Shown here one piece after another: positions 43,503 to 51,165 of a DNA stretch of 64,000 nucleotides. The position numbers were made by a program, and so were the translations under genes. Below the pieces are notes generated by a model that was not told where the DNA came from, made no database searches, and worked only from the letters and a program-made list of their open reading frames with translations. How positions within the stretch are numbered: position 1 is the first letter of the stretch; every line of letters starts with the position of its first letter. This DNA is from Thermoanaerobaculaceae bacterium (GTDB lineage: Bacteria > Acidobacteriota > Thermoanaerobaculia > Multivoradales > UBA5704), in NCBI GenBank assembly GCA_963785165.1, contig CAWAUI010000007.1, forward strand, positions 1,304,725 to 1,368,724, read 5' to 3'.

Positions 43503-43876
43503 ATGAACAAGAAGCGGATTTTCGGACTGATGCTCGCGCTCGCCCTGATGGCCGGGGCCTTCACCCTCGGGATGCCTCAGACCGCTCAGGCCTGCCCCAG
43601 CAACGAGGTGACGACCACGTACTACTCGGACGCCGCCGGTGGCGGGCTTCCTCGACGGACGGCCTCAACCTGATCCTGGCTGTACTGGTAATTAAGCTCG
43701 TCCAGAATACCGCCTTCTTCATCTACACCTCGGGTCCGGCAGGAGGGAGGCGCCTGCCCGTCAACGGCATCGGCATCTTCCTTGGGGAGAACGAGAACGG
43801 CTTCAACGTCGGCTTCATCAAGATCGACAATTGTCCGTCTCCCGGGCGCCCGGTTGCCGCTCCGCTGAAAAGATGA
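43503..43876 (+). pseudogene. Possible small secreted protein; frame change near 43640
   Basis: ATG at 43503 after AAAGGAGAG. Signal peptide MNKKRIFGLMLALALMAGAFTLGMPQTAQA then CPSNEVTTTYYSDAA. A plausible continuation (..DGLNLILAVLVIKLVQNTAFFIYTSGP...GENENGFNVGFIKIDNCPSP..) is in the +2 frame, ending in TGA at 43874-43876. Weak. Confidence 0.3.
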
Positions 43877-44159
43877 TCTTGGCTTCGCCGCGGTCCATTC
43901 CCTTGCCGGGATGGACCGCGGCACCCTCACCCGCCTCCTCCTCGCGGTTCTCGCCCTGCTACGCCTGCGGGGCCGACGGACAGCCGTATAGCGTTGCCGG
44001 GCTTCCGCAACCACCCTCTTGCGTCTGGGGAAAATCTCTGGCACTATTTCTGTCGTTGGAGCGATAACAGCTCGAAGATAGAACCAGAAGAGAGTACCAG
44101 CTCTGGCGTCATGAAGGCGCCGGATTTCGAGCCCAAGCGGCTCAAAGAAGGAGAAGAAG

Positions 44160-44558
44160 ATGTCTCAGGAAACGACGTACGCAGGTATGCAGGGCGACTG
44201 GAGCCAGCTCGTGAGGTCGCTCGAGGCGAATGTCGCCGAGCTCGGCCATCTGGAGGTGTCCCGGATCAAGCTCCGGGGCTTTCTGGCCCAGGCCGAGGAG
44301 ATCAACAATCAGCAGAAGGCGTTGACGGCGAGCAAGCAGGAGGCCTCGCGGCAGCTCAAGCTGATCATGACCGAGGGCCAGCGCCTGTCGAACGCCCTGC
44401 GCACGATGCTTCGGGAGCACTACGGCATCCGCGCCGAGAAGCTCGCCGAGTTCGGACTGCAGCCGTTCCGCGGCCGGACCCGGAAAGCGAGGACGGCCCC
44501 GACGGAGCCCACCACGCCGGCCCCCACTCCCACGGATCCCGCCAATCCCGCCCGCTAG
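44160..44558 (+). CDS. Coiled-coil hypothetical protein (132 aa) with Pro/Thr-rich basic tail
   Basis: ATG after GAAGGAGAAG. Heptad-like QQKALTASKQEASRQLKLIMTEGQRLSNALRTML. Followed by a textbook terminator. Confidence 0.55.
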   Translation: MSQETTYAGMQGDWSQLVRSLEANVAELGHLEVSRIKLRGFLAQAEEINNQQKALTASKQEASRQLKLIMTEGQRLSNALRTMLREHYGIRAEKLAEFGLQPFRGRTRKARTAPTEPTTPAPTPTDPANPAR

Positions 44559-44583
44559 TCTTTCCAGCTTTCCTGTCTTACTT

Positions 44584-44615
44584 GGGGGCGTGCTTCGGCA
44601 CGCCCCCTTTTTTTT
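44584..44615 (+). terminator. Rho-independent terminator
   Basis: GGGGGCGTGC-TTCG-GCACGCCCCC followed by T8. Confidence 0.9.
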
Positions 44616-44616
44616 G

Positions 44617-44980
44617 CATCCGTTGAGCCCAGCGTATCCATAAGCTGGCTCGTCCCAAGGATAGACCCGCCGTTTTATGGATAGGCAGCCCGTCGTATCG
44701 ATAGGCAGCCTGTTGTATCCATGAATTGGTCCGCCGTATCGATAGCTGAGCCGGCGTAAGGATAGGCAGCCCGTTGTATCCATAGACAGGCCAGCGATCC
44801 ATAAGTTGGCTCGCCGTATGGATGGCTGGGCCGTCCTATCGATGGCTGGCCCGTTTTATCCATACGTTGACCCGTCGTATCCATAGCTGAACCGTCGTAT
44901 GGATAGCTGGCTCAGCGATCCATAAGTTGGCCCGTCTTATCGATAGGACGGGCTGTCGTATCCATGAGTTGGGCTGTTTT
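44617..44980. repeat. Array of 18 phased ~20-bp direct repeats (consensus about ATCCATAGCTGGCCCGTCGT), iteron/centromere-like
   Basis: Core AT[CG][CG]AT (or AAGGAT) starts at 44618, 636, 657, 677, 697, 717, 738, 758, 778, 797, 818, 838, 858, 879, 899, 918, 939 and 960. Spacing is 18-21 nt. Confidence 0.9.
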
Positions 44981-45019
44981 GCGCCAAAATGGCTGGCTTA
45001 CTCGTCGATCACTCGCCGG

Positions 45020-45098
45020 TCACAGGCCGGAGCCGTCGAGGTAGCCGGCAACCATGGGCCGGTCCTCCCAGGCGCCGGCGTTCGGAGTCACCGCGTAG
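45020..45098 (-). pseudogene. Orphan 3'-terminal remnant (last 25 codons plus stop) of a paralog of the gene at 51166..52014
   Basis: 69/79 nt identical to 51166-51244 by hand alignment. Encodes YAVTPNAGAWEDRPMVAGYLDGSGL* versus YAVTPNAGTWEYRPMVAGFLDGPGL*. Similarity stops where the SDR gene ends. Confidence 0.65.
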
Positions 45099-45915
45099 CC
45101 TGGCGCTTGCGGAAAGCCCTCGCCGTCTGGCGGTTGATGGCCACGGCGATGGCGGGGTGGAGGCGGGTGAGCCACCAGAGGAGGCGGGCGTAGAAGGGGA
45201 AGACGATCAGGGCCTTGTTGCGCTCGACGCCGTGCAGGACGGCGCGGGCGGCGGCGTCCACTGGCACGAACTTGAAGGGGATGAGCGAGCGGATGCCGTG
45301 CATGTCCGTGCCGGCATAGGTGCCGGATTCGAAGATGCGGGTCTCGATGTAGGCCGGGCAGACGGCGCTGACTTTGACGCCCAAGTCCGCCCCTTCGGCC
45401 CGCAGGGTGAGGGAGAGACCCACCACGGCGAACTTGCTGGTGGCGTAAGGGATGGAGAGCGCCAGGCCGGCGATCCCCGCGAGCGAGGCGACGTTGACGA
45501 TGTGCCCCGAGCCCTGGCGGACCATGCGGGCATAGGCGGCGGTGGTGCCGTGGATGATGCCGCCGAGGTTGACGTCCAGCACTCTGCGCCAGTGGTCGAG
45601 GGGGAGCTTCTGAGCTTCGCCGGCCGCCGCGAGGCCGGCGTTGTTGAAGAGGTAGTCGAGGCGCCCCAGGGAGGCGGCCGTCTCATCGAGCAGGCGCTCG
45701 AAGGCGGCGGCGTCCCGCACGTCCAGGCCCGCCGCGGTGGCCCGCCCCCCGGCCGCCACGATGGCGGCGGCCACGGCCCGGGCGCCGGACTCGTCGAGGT
45801 CCGTCACCACCACCCGGGCGCCGCGCCGGCCCAGCTCCGCCGCGAGAGCGCGGCCGAGGCCGGAAGCGGCGCCGGTGACCACGGCCACGGCGTCCTGGAA
45901 CGGGGCTGCTGACAT
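45088..45915 (-). CDS. Short-chain dehydrogenase/reductase (classical SDR)
   Basis: ATG at 45915 after GGGAGG. VTGAASGLGRA cofactor motif. YATSKFAV catalytic YxxxK. Intact. Confidence 0.85.
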   Translation of the reverse strand: MSAAPFQDAVAVVTGAASGLGRALAAELGRRGARVVVTDLDESGARAVAAAIVAAGGRATAAGLDVRDAAAFERLLDETAASLGRLDYLFNNAGLAAAGEAQKLPLDHWRRVLDVNLGGIIHGTTAAYARMVRQGSGHIVNVASLAGIAGLALSIPYATSKFAVVGLSLTLRAEGADLGVKVSAVCPAYIETRIFESGTYAGTDMHGIRSLIPFKFVPVDAAARAVLHGVERNKALIVFPFYARLLWWLTRLHPAIAVAINRQTARAFRKRQATR

Positions 45916-45964
45916 CTGAGACCTCCCTCGGGGAATGGCGGGAAGGATAGCACCCGGGGCGTGC

Positions 45965-46426
45965 TCAGCCCTGTTTCGTCTTTGCCTTGCGAAGAGAGCG
46001 GAGATCTGCCCTGTCTTGATCCCGCCCGGCGTGCTCTTTTTCTCGGATGAGGTCGTCGAGGGAAAGATAGTGGGCGTCTACATCCCCGAATCGGGCGTCT
46101 ACTCGGGACTCCCAGGCGGAGTCGAAGGTCTGGCGGCCGGCGAGGCGCGAGAGGAGGTCGATCCGGGTCGGCGCCACACCGAGTTGGATGATCCGGCCGA
46201 GAGTCGTCAGATCTTCCGCCGTCAATCCCAGATCGCTTCCCAGGAAGGTTCGGATCGCGGCGAGAACCCGTTCCGCGTTGGCGGGGGTAGGCTCAATGAA
46301 AAGGTCAAAGTCCTTGGTCGCGCGGGGCCGGGCGTGGAGAGCGACCGCGTGGGCTCCCACGATGAGATATCGGGCGCCGGACGCGTTCAATGACTCGACA
46401 AACTCTTCGTAGTCGCGGTATTTCAT
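45965..46426 (-). CDS. Nucleotidyltransferase-fold protein (DUF2204/DUF6036-like)
   Basis: MKYRDYEEFVESLNASGARYLIVGAHAVALHARPRATKDFDLFIEP... The ATG is immediately preceded by TGA (TGAATG junction). Confidence 0.5.
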   Translation of the reverse strand: MKYRDYEEFVESLNASGARYLIVGAHAVALHARPRATKDFDLFIEPTPANAERVLAAIRTFLGSDLGLTAEDLTTLGRIIQLGVAPTRIDLLSRLAGRQTFDSAWESRVDARFGDVDAHYLSLDDLIREKEHAGRDQDRADLRSLRKAKTKQG

Positions 46427-46604
46427 TCACGCCTCGCGCCTTGAGGGAGGAGAGCAGGCAGTCTTCGACGGCGCGGACGCGCTCCTCCGGGGTCATGTCC
46501 TCGTACCAGAACCGGAAATCTTCCTCTTCGGCCTCGTCCGTGGAGCCGACCTTGGCGACCCAGACCCGCCCATGCCGATCCGTGGCCTGTCCCCTTTTCT
46601 CCAT
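46305..46604 (-). CDS. Small acidic protein upstream of the nucleotidyltransferase-fold gene; real end probably near 46427 (frame uncertain)
   Basis: MEKRGQATDRHGRVWVAKVGSTDEAEEEDFRFWYEDMTPEERVRAVEDCLLSSLKARG looks protein-like. The remaining about 40 codons overlap the next gene and are Arg-rich (out-of-frame look). Confidence 0.35.
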   Translation of the reverse strand: MEKRGQATDRHGRVWVAKVGSTDEAEEEDFRFWYEDMTPEERVRAVEDCLLSSLKARGVNEIPRLRRVCRVIERVRRPISHRGSPRGRSPRPAPRDQGL

Positions 46605-46639
46605 GGACGGATCGTAGCACCGTGCCTCATCCCTGTAAG

Positions 46640-47200
46640 ATGATCCCCATGTTCCATAAGAGATCGAATCGGGTATGGACCACGCTTCTGGCCACGGTAT
46701 GCCTCTGGAGCGCCACGGCCGCCCTGGCGCAGGCTCGGCGGACGGAGGAGCAGACGCGGAAGTTGGAGAGCGGGCTCGCGGCGATCCTGCGGGAGGGGCT
46801 CTCGCGGGAGACGGTCGAGAGCCAGCTGGGGAAGCTCAAGGTGGCGTCCGGAGTGCGCTCGGTGAAGGGGCTGGACTGGGAGCTCCGGGTGGAGCCTGCC
46901 GGGAAGAGGGACGCCGTGCGGAAGGCGGTCTTCGAGACCCGGAACCCCATCGCGGGCGGCGTTCTCCTCGAAGCCCTGGGCGTGGATGAGCCGGGCGTGG
47001 TCTCCACGGACGCCCAACAGAAGGACCGGTGGATTCTCGATCTCAAAACGAGAATGCCCCCGGCGGCCAAGAGCTTCGAGGTCCGGATCTACCTGGAGCC
47101 CGGGAGCCCCATGAGGGAAATCGACGGGCGGTGGAACGCCAATCCCATCTGGCGGGCCAGCAGCTATCCGGTCGTTCGGGTGGAGATCGGGCGGCCCTGA
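46640..47200 (+). CDS. Secreted hypothetical protein (186 aa)
   Basis: ORF 46622..47200, ATG at 46640. Signal-like VWTTLLATVCLWSATAALAQA. No motif recognised. Confidence 0.5.
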   Translation: MIPMFHKRSNRVWTTLLATVCLWSATAALAQARRTEEQTRKLESGLAAILREGLSRETVESQLGKLKVASGVRSVKGLDWELRVEPAGKRDAVRKAVFETRNPIAGGVLLEALGVDEPGVVSTDAQQKDRWILDLKTRMPPAAKSFEVRIYLEPGSPMREIDGRWNANPIWRASSYPVVRVEIGRP

Positions 47201-47297
47201 GGATCGTCCGAAGCCGGCAATGCGGTCCCGCCAGGAGCGGCGAGGCGGGGGATTTTGGGGTTGCCTCGGCGTCCGCCTCAGTGGCCGTCCCAACGGC

Positions 47298-47367
47298 CGC
47301 CTCAACCGCCTCATCCGCCTCCGCCGCCTCATCCGCCTCAACGCCTCATCCGCCTCAACGCCTCCGC
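47298..47367. repeat. 8 tandem units of an 8-9-bp microsatellite (CGCCTCAWC/CGCCTCCGC)
   Basis: Units read directly at 47298, 47307, 47316, 47325, 47334, 47342, 47351 and 47359. Confidence 0.8.
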
Positions 47368-47373
47368 CGACAC

Positions 47374-47421
47374 CCCAGGGTTGCACCCTGGGCTACGGGT
47401 AGGACGCCCTGCCGGGCTCGC
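47374..47421. repeat. Solo copy of the snap-back element arm (same family as 761-924)
   Basis: Its reverse complement differs from the arm at 762-809 at one position by my alignment. Confidence 0.8.
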
Positions 47422-47536
47422 CGCCGCGATGTTCACCAAGATATGTGCCCTGCTCGGCTCTCTGGGTGCGCTTCGCGCAGTCCTTCTCGCGTCAACGGGC
47501 CTTCCTTCTGTGACTCCAGTCTGTCCTGATGCGGGT

Positions 47537-47660
47537 CCTCCCTCACTTGCCGCGGCAGCTCCCCCTCTTGAGCTGCTATTTCCCCTTCTTATCGCGTCTC
47601 TGGATAAGAGAGGGGAGGTCTATCCCAAGAAGGGGCAGACCCGCGGTAAGAGAGGGGAGC
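47537..47660. repeat. Second dyad array of the 21-bp GGGGAGC-type unit (3 inverted plus 3 direct units), 128 nt upstream of the KAP NTPase ATG
   Basis: Inverted units end at 47552, 47573 and 47594 (21-nt phase). Direct units start near 47602, 47624 and 47644 (GATAAGAGAGGGGAGG, CCCAAGAAGGGGCAG, CGGTAAGAGAGGGGAGC). Confidence 0.8.
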
Positions 47661-47787
47661 ACCCGGGGGCCGTCACAAAGAGGTGGGCTGTGTCGCCTAA
47701 TCCATAAGGCCGGTCCCCTGTATGCCCGTGAAGGGTGTCTTCAAGGGCGGGGCCTGTGGCCGGATCGCTTCCAGAGGAGGTTGAAGA

Positions 47788-50700
47788 ATGTCCGCGTCTA
47801 AACAAGCCCGCCCATCTCGGCGGCCGTCTGGTCCTCTTCCCCGGTCGCTCTGGTTCGGGGCGGCCCTGTTCGTGTTCCTGGCCTGCTCGTGGATCGCCTT
47901 TCGCCAGGAACCGCATCCGGATGCCTACCGCCAGTCCAGTCTCCTGACGGCGGATTGGTGGTTCTACCCGGTCGAATTCAATGCGCCCCAGCGGCTGCCG
48001 CTGGTCCGGGCGGACCTCAACGATGTCTTCGCCTTGAAAGGGACGGGACACGTCTGGGTGGTGGGCGGCGGCGGCCTCATCCTGCACAGCCCGGACTACG
48101 GGAAGCACTGGGAGCGGCAGTATCTGGTCGATTCCAAGAACCTCTCAGCGCCGAATCCCGTTCATTTCCGGTCCGGCTCTCCGAGAAGGGCAGCGACCGA
48201 ACCTGCTGCGGGATCCTGGTGGCGTCGCATGTTGCCAGGCCGGCCGTTGGAGGGGGCCACTCTGCTCGGGTTGATCACCGGCGGGGGGCCGGCCCTTGGG
48301 CAGGAACAGGCCCAGCAGCCGATCGATGACAAGAGCCAGGCCGTTCCCCCGCCCCGCCCCTTGACTCCGAACTCAGGTGTCAGTCCTGACGTGGCGTCTC
48401 CACAGGGCATGGACCCTTCAGGGGTCAATCCTGCTGGAATCAACGAAGCGGCGGTCGACCCACCAGTGCAGCAGAGGCCCTTGCCTGATGGAAGAAACGA
48501 ATCGCAGCGCAGGATTCTTGCAGATCCGATCCCAGAGGTTCTAGCGCTTAGAGCCCTCGCGAATTCTGCGCTACAAAGCGTACATTTTGTCGATGCTCAG
48601 AATGGCTGGGTTGCCGGAGAGAATGGGGCTCTGTTCAATACGAACAATGGCGGAAAAACTTGGGAATGGATAAGTGCTCTATCCAGATCTGCTACCACCT
48701 ATGCCGTTTTTTTGGAGGACAGGTCACAAGGCTGGTTGCTGGGTGAATACGGGTTTCTCAAGTTTAATCAATCTGACAATGGTTGGGATTTGAAGGTAAT
48801 TCATGAAGCCAGTCGAGTCAAGCCCGATACCTGCTTCATCATGGGCTCGGACAGATATCTTTGCCTCAGTAAAACCGGGCGAGGCTACTCCACTGAAGAT
48901 CTAGAGTCTTACGAAGGCGAAGGTGTTCTCGATGTAGACCAGAATGGGCGGAGTGGCCAGAAAATTAAGTGGTCGGCTGTTCTTACGGATCGTAGCGTAC
49001 GTCTAATGTTACAGCTCGGCCAAACCAGGGTATGGCCTGTTAAAGGTGGACTGTGGGCTACCCTCAGCTTTACTGGTCCGCAGCAGGGATGGGTTGCGGG
49101 CGCCAGGGGGGCTATGCTGACTACTGAAGACAGGGGTCAGACCTGGCGGAGGGTGACGCGTAAGTGGCAAAACACCGAGCTCAACGAAGGCTACTACTCG
49201 ATCTACCCCGCCCCCTGGTACTACCTCAGCCTCGGCCTTGTCGGCCTTCTCTTCGTTCCAGCTTTAAGGCGCCCACAGCCCCAGGTCATCTCCGAGTCGG
49301 CGGCGGATCTCCTCGTTTCCGATCAACCCATCGGGGCTCCCGAGGGTGACAAATTTGATTTCAGCTCGGTCGCCCTCGGTCTCTCGCGGTTCCTGCGCAA
49401 TGAGAAGACCATGGCACCTCTAACGATCGCGGTGACCGGCGAGTGGGGGACCGGCAAGAGCTCGCTCATGAATCTCCTGCGGGGCGATCTTGCCCGATAC
49501 GGTTTCCGGCCGGTCTGGTTCAACGCCTGGCATCATCAGAAAGAGGAGCACCTGTTGGCCTCGCTCCTCGAGATGGTCCGTTCTCAGGCAATTCCTTCGT
49601 GGTGGCGGCCTGAGGGAGCGATTTTCCGCTTCCAGTTGCTGAGGATACGCTGGTCGCGGTTCTGGCCTTTGATTGCCTTCGTCGTACTCGTGTTCTCTTT
49701 CTCGTTCGGCTATCTACGTGCTCATCCCGAAAGGCTGGATACCGCCTGGGAGAGCCTGAAAAGCCTCGCTGAGCCCATGAAATGGTTGGAGACGGAGGCG
49801 CATGCGGTGGCAGGACAGAAGGGAGGGGAACGCGCACCCTGGATCATCTTCTTCCTGAGCACTTTAGGTCTCCTCATCTCCCTCTGGAAAGGACTCCAGG
49901 GCTTCGGGGTCAATCCCGCCAGCCTCCTTGCGAAGGATTCGGGCCGGGCGCGGGTGCGCGACCTTGAAAACCTGACGGGTTTCCGCCATCAATTCGCGAC
50001 GGAGTTCAAGGACATCACGCAGGCGCTTAATCCGCGGACGATGCTGGTGCTGATCGACGATCTGGACCGGTGCCGGCCGGAGATGGTTCTGGAAGTCCTG
50101 GAGGCGGTGAATTTCCTCATTTCCTCCGGGGATTGCTTCGTCGTGCTCGGTATGGCCCGAGAGCGGGTGGTGCGGTGCGTGGGACTGAGCTTCAAGGACG
50201 TAGCGAGCGAGTTGCTGCTTACGGAGGCTCGTGAGGATGAGAAAGAGCTTTCATCAGAGGATCTGGCCCGTAAGAGGCGGATCGAATTCGCTCGGCAGTA
50301 CCTGGAAAAGCTGATCAACATCGAGGTGCCGGTGCCGACGCCGACGGATCAGCAGGCGCGCCGGTTGTTCCAGGCCAACGTTCCGCAAGAGGAGACGCCG
50401 GACGACATCCGCTACCGCCGTTGGAGCAGGGCCTGGGGGATGGCCCGGAAAGCCCTTCCCACGGCAGCGGTCGCTGGCCTGCTCGTGCTGGGTTTCTGGT
50501 TCGGATCCACGCGTCCTGCTCACCAGGAGGTAAAGGTTGAGACAGGCGCGCCGGTCCCCACCGGTGCTCCGACCGGGACGGACGCCGGCTCCGTGGCGAC
50601 GAAGGTCCCCGCTGACGGCAAGATCCCCGTGGGACCGGCGGAGATGGAGGCAGGGCAGGAGGCAAGCCTACCCGTGCTGGCCGTCCTCGTTCTCGCCGCG

Positions 50701-51150
50701 CTGATGGTGGGGCTCGGGATTTGGCGGCTGTCCATCCCCCCAGGGGTGGTGATCCGTGATTCCGCGGAGTTCGAGGAGGCGCTGGCGACGTGGCACCCGT
50801 TGATCTTTTCGACTCGCAAGACTCCACGATCGATCAAGCGGTTTCTGAACCGGGTGAGGTACCTTGCGATGCTCCAGCGGTCGCAAAGCCCGGAGCCGAC
50901 CCGATGGCAGCAGATCCTCCGCTGGCTCCGCCTTGCAAAAGGTCCCGAGTTGGTTGCGAGCGGTAAGGCGCCAGCCATTCCCGAGCGAGCACTGGTGGCG
51001 CTCGCCGCGATCGATTATTGCCGGGCGGAATGGCTGCAGTTGGAGGTCAAGGATATGCCGGAGGAAATCAGAAGAAATCTTGAAGGACTCCCCCTCGACT
51101 CCTACCGTGAGGCCTACGGCAGGATGTCGAAGGGGATTTATTTGAGCTGA
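47788..51150 (+). CDS. Membrane KAP-family P-loop NTPase (1120 aa) with N-terminal extracytoplasmic Ycf48/BNR-like beta-propeller
   Basis: ATG at 47788 after GAGGAGG. TM SLWFGAALFVFLACSWIAF. Propeller blades GHVWVVGGGGLILHSPDYGKHWERQ, NGWVAGENGALFNTNNGGKTWEWI, QGWVAGARGAMLTTEDRGQTWRRV. Walker A TGEWGTGKSS; TM hairpin inserted in the NTPase; Walker B MLVLIDDLDRCRPE; KAP C-terminal motif TPRSIKRFLNRVRY. Intact. Confidence 0.8.
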   Translation: MSASKQARPSRRPSGPLPRSLWFGAALFVFLACSWIAFRQEPHPDAYRQSSLLTADWWFYPVEFNAPQRLPLVRADLNDVFALKGTGHVWVVGGGGLILHSPDYGKHWERQYLVDSKNLSAPNPVHFRSGSPRRAATEPAAGSWWRRMLPGRPLEGATLLGLITGGGPALGQEQAQQPIDDKSQAVPPPRPLTPNSGVSPDVASPQGMDPSGVNPAGINEAAVDPPVQQRPLPDGRNESQRRILADPIPEVLALRALANSALQSVHFVDAQNGWVAGENGALFNTNNGGKTWEWISALSRSATTYAVFLEDRSQGWLLGEYGFLKFNQSDNGWDLKVIHEASRVKPDTCFIMGSDRYLCLSKTGRGYSTEDLESYEGEGVLDVDQNGRSGQKIKWSAVLTDRSVRLMLQLGQTRVWPVKGGLWATLSFTGPQQGWVAGARGAMLTTEDRGQTWRRVTRKWQNTELNEGYYSIYPAPWYYLSLGLVGLLFVPALRRPQPQVISESAADLLVSDQPIGAPEGDKFDFSSVALGLSRFLRNEKTMAPLTIAVTGEWGTGKSSLMNLLRGDLARYGFRPVWFNAWHHQKEEHLLASLLEMVRSQAIPSWWRPEGAIFRFQLLRIRWSRFWPLIAFVVLVFSFSFGYLRAHPERLDTAWESLKSLAEPMKWLETEAHAVAGQKGGERAPWIIFFLSTLGLLISLWKGLQGFGVNPASLLAKDSGRARVRDLENLTGFRHQFATEFKDITQALNPRTMLVLIDDLDRCRPEMVLEVLEAVNFLISSGDCFVVLGMARERVVRCVGLSFKDVASELLLTEAREDEKELSSEDLARKRRIEFARQYLEKLINIEVPVPTPTDQQARRLFQANVPQEETPDDIRYRRWSRAWGMARKALPTAAVAGLLVLGFWFGSTRPAHQEVKVETGAPVPTGAPTGTDAGSVATKVPADGKIPVGPAEMEAGQEASLPVLAVLVLAALMVGLGIWRLSIPPGVVIRDSAEFEEALATWHPLIFSTRKTPRSIKRFLNRVRYLAMLQRSQSPEPTRWQQILRWLRLAKGPELVASGKAPAIPERALVALAAIDYCRAEWLQLEVKDMPEEIRRNLEGLPLDSYREAYGRMSKGIYLS

Positions 51151-51165
51151 AGCCTTACGGGTCGA

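Noticed and set aside
43994-44626. 210-aa ORF overlapping the 44160..44558 gene in another frame
   Set aside because: It runs through the terminator and into the repeat array with Arg/Gly-rich composition. The 132-aa frame has a strong RBS and a coiled-coil-like sequence instead.
48470-49080. Diversity-generating retroelement target (variable region) explaining the low-GC patch
   Set aside because: No reverse transcriptase, no template repeat and no adenine-specific mismatch pattern is visible anywhere in the window.
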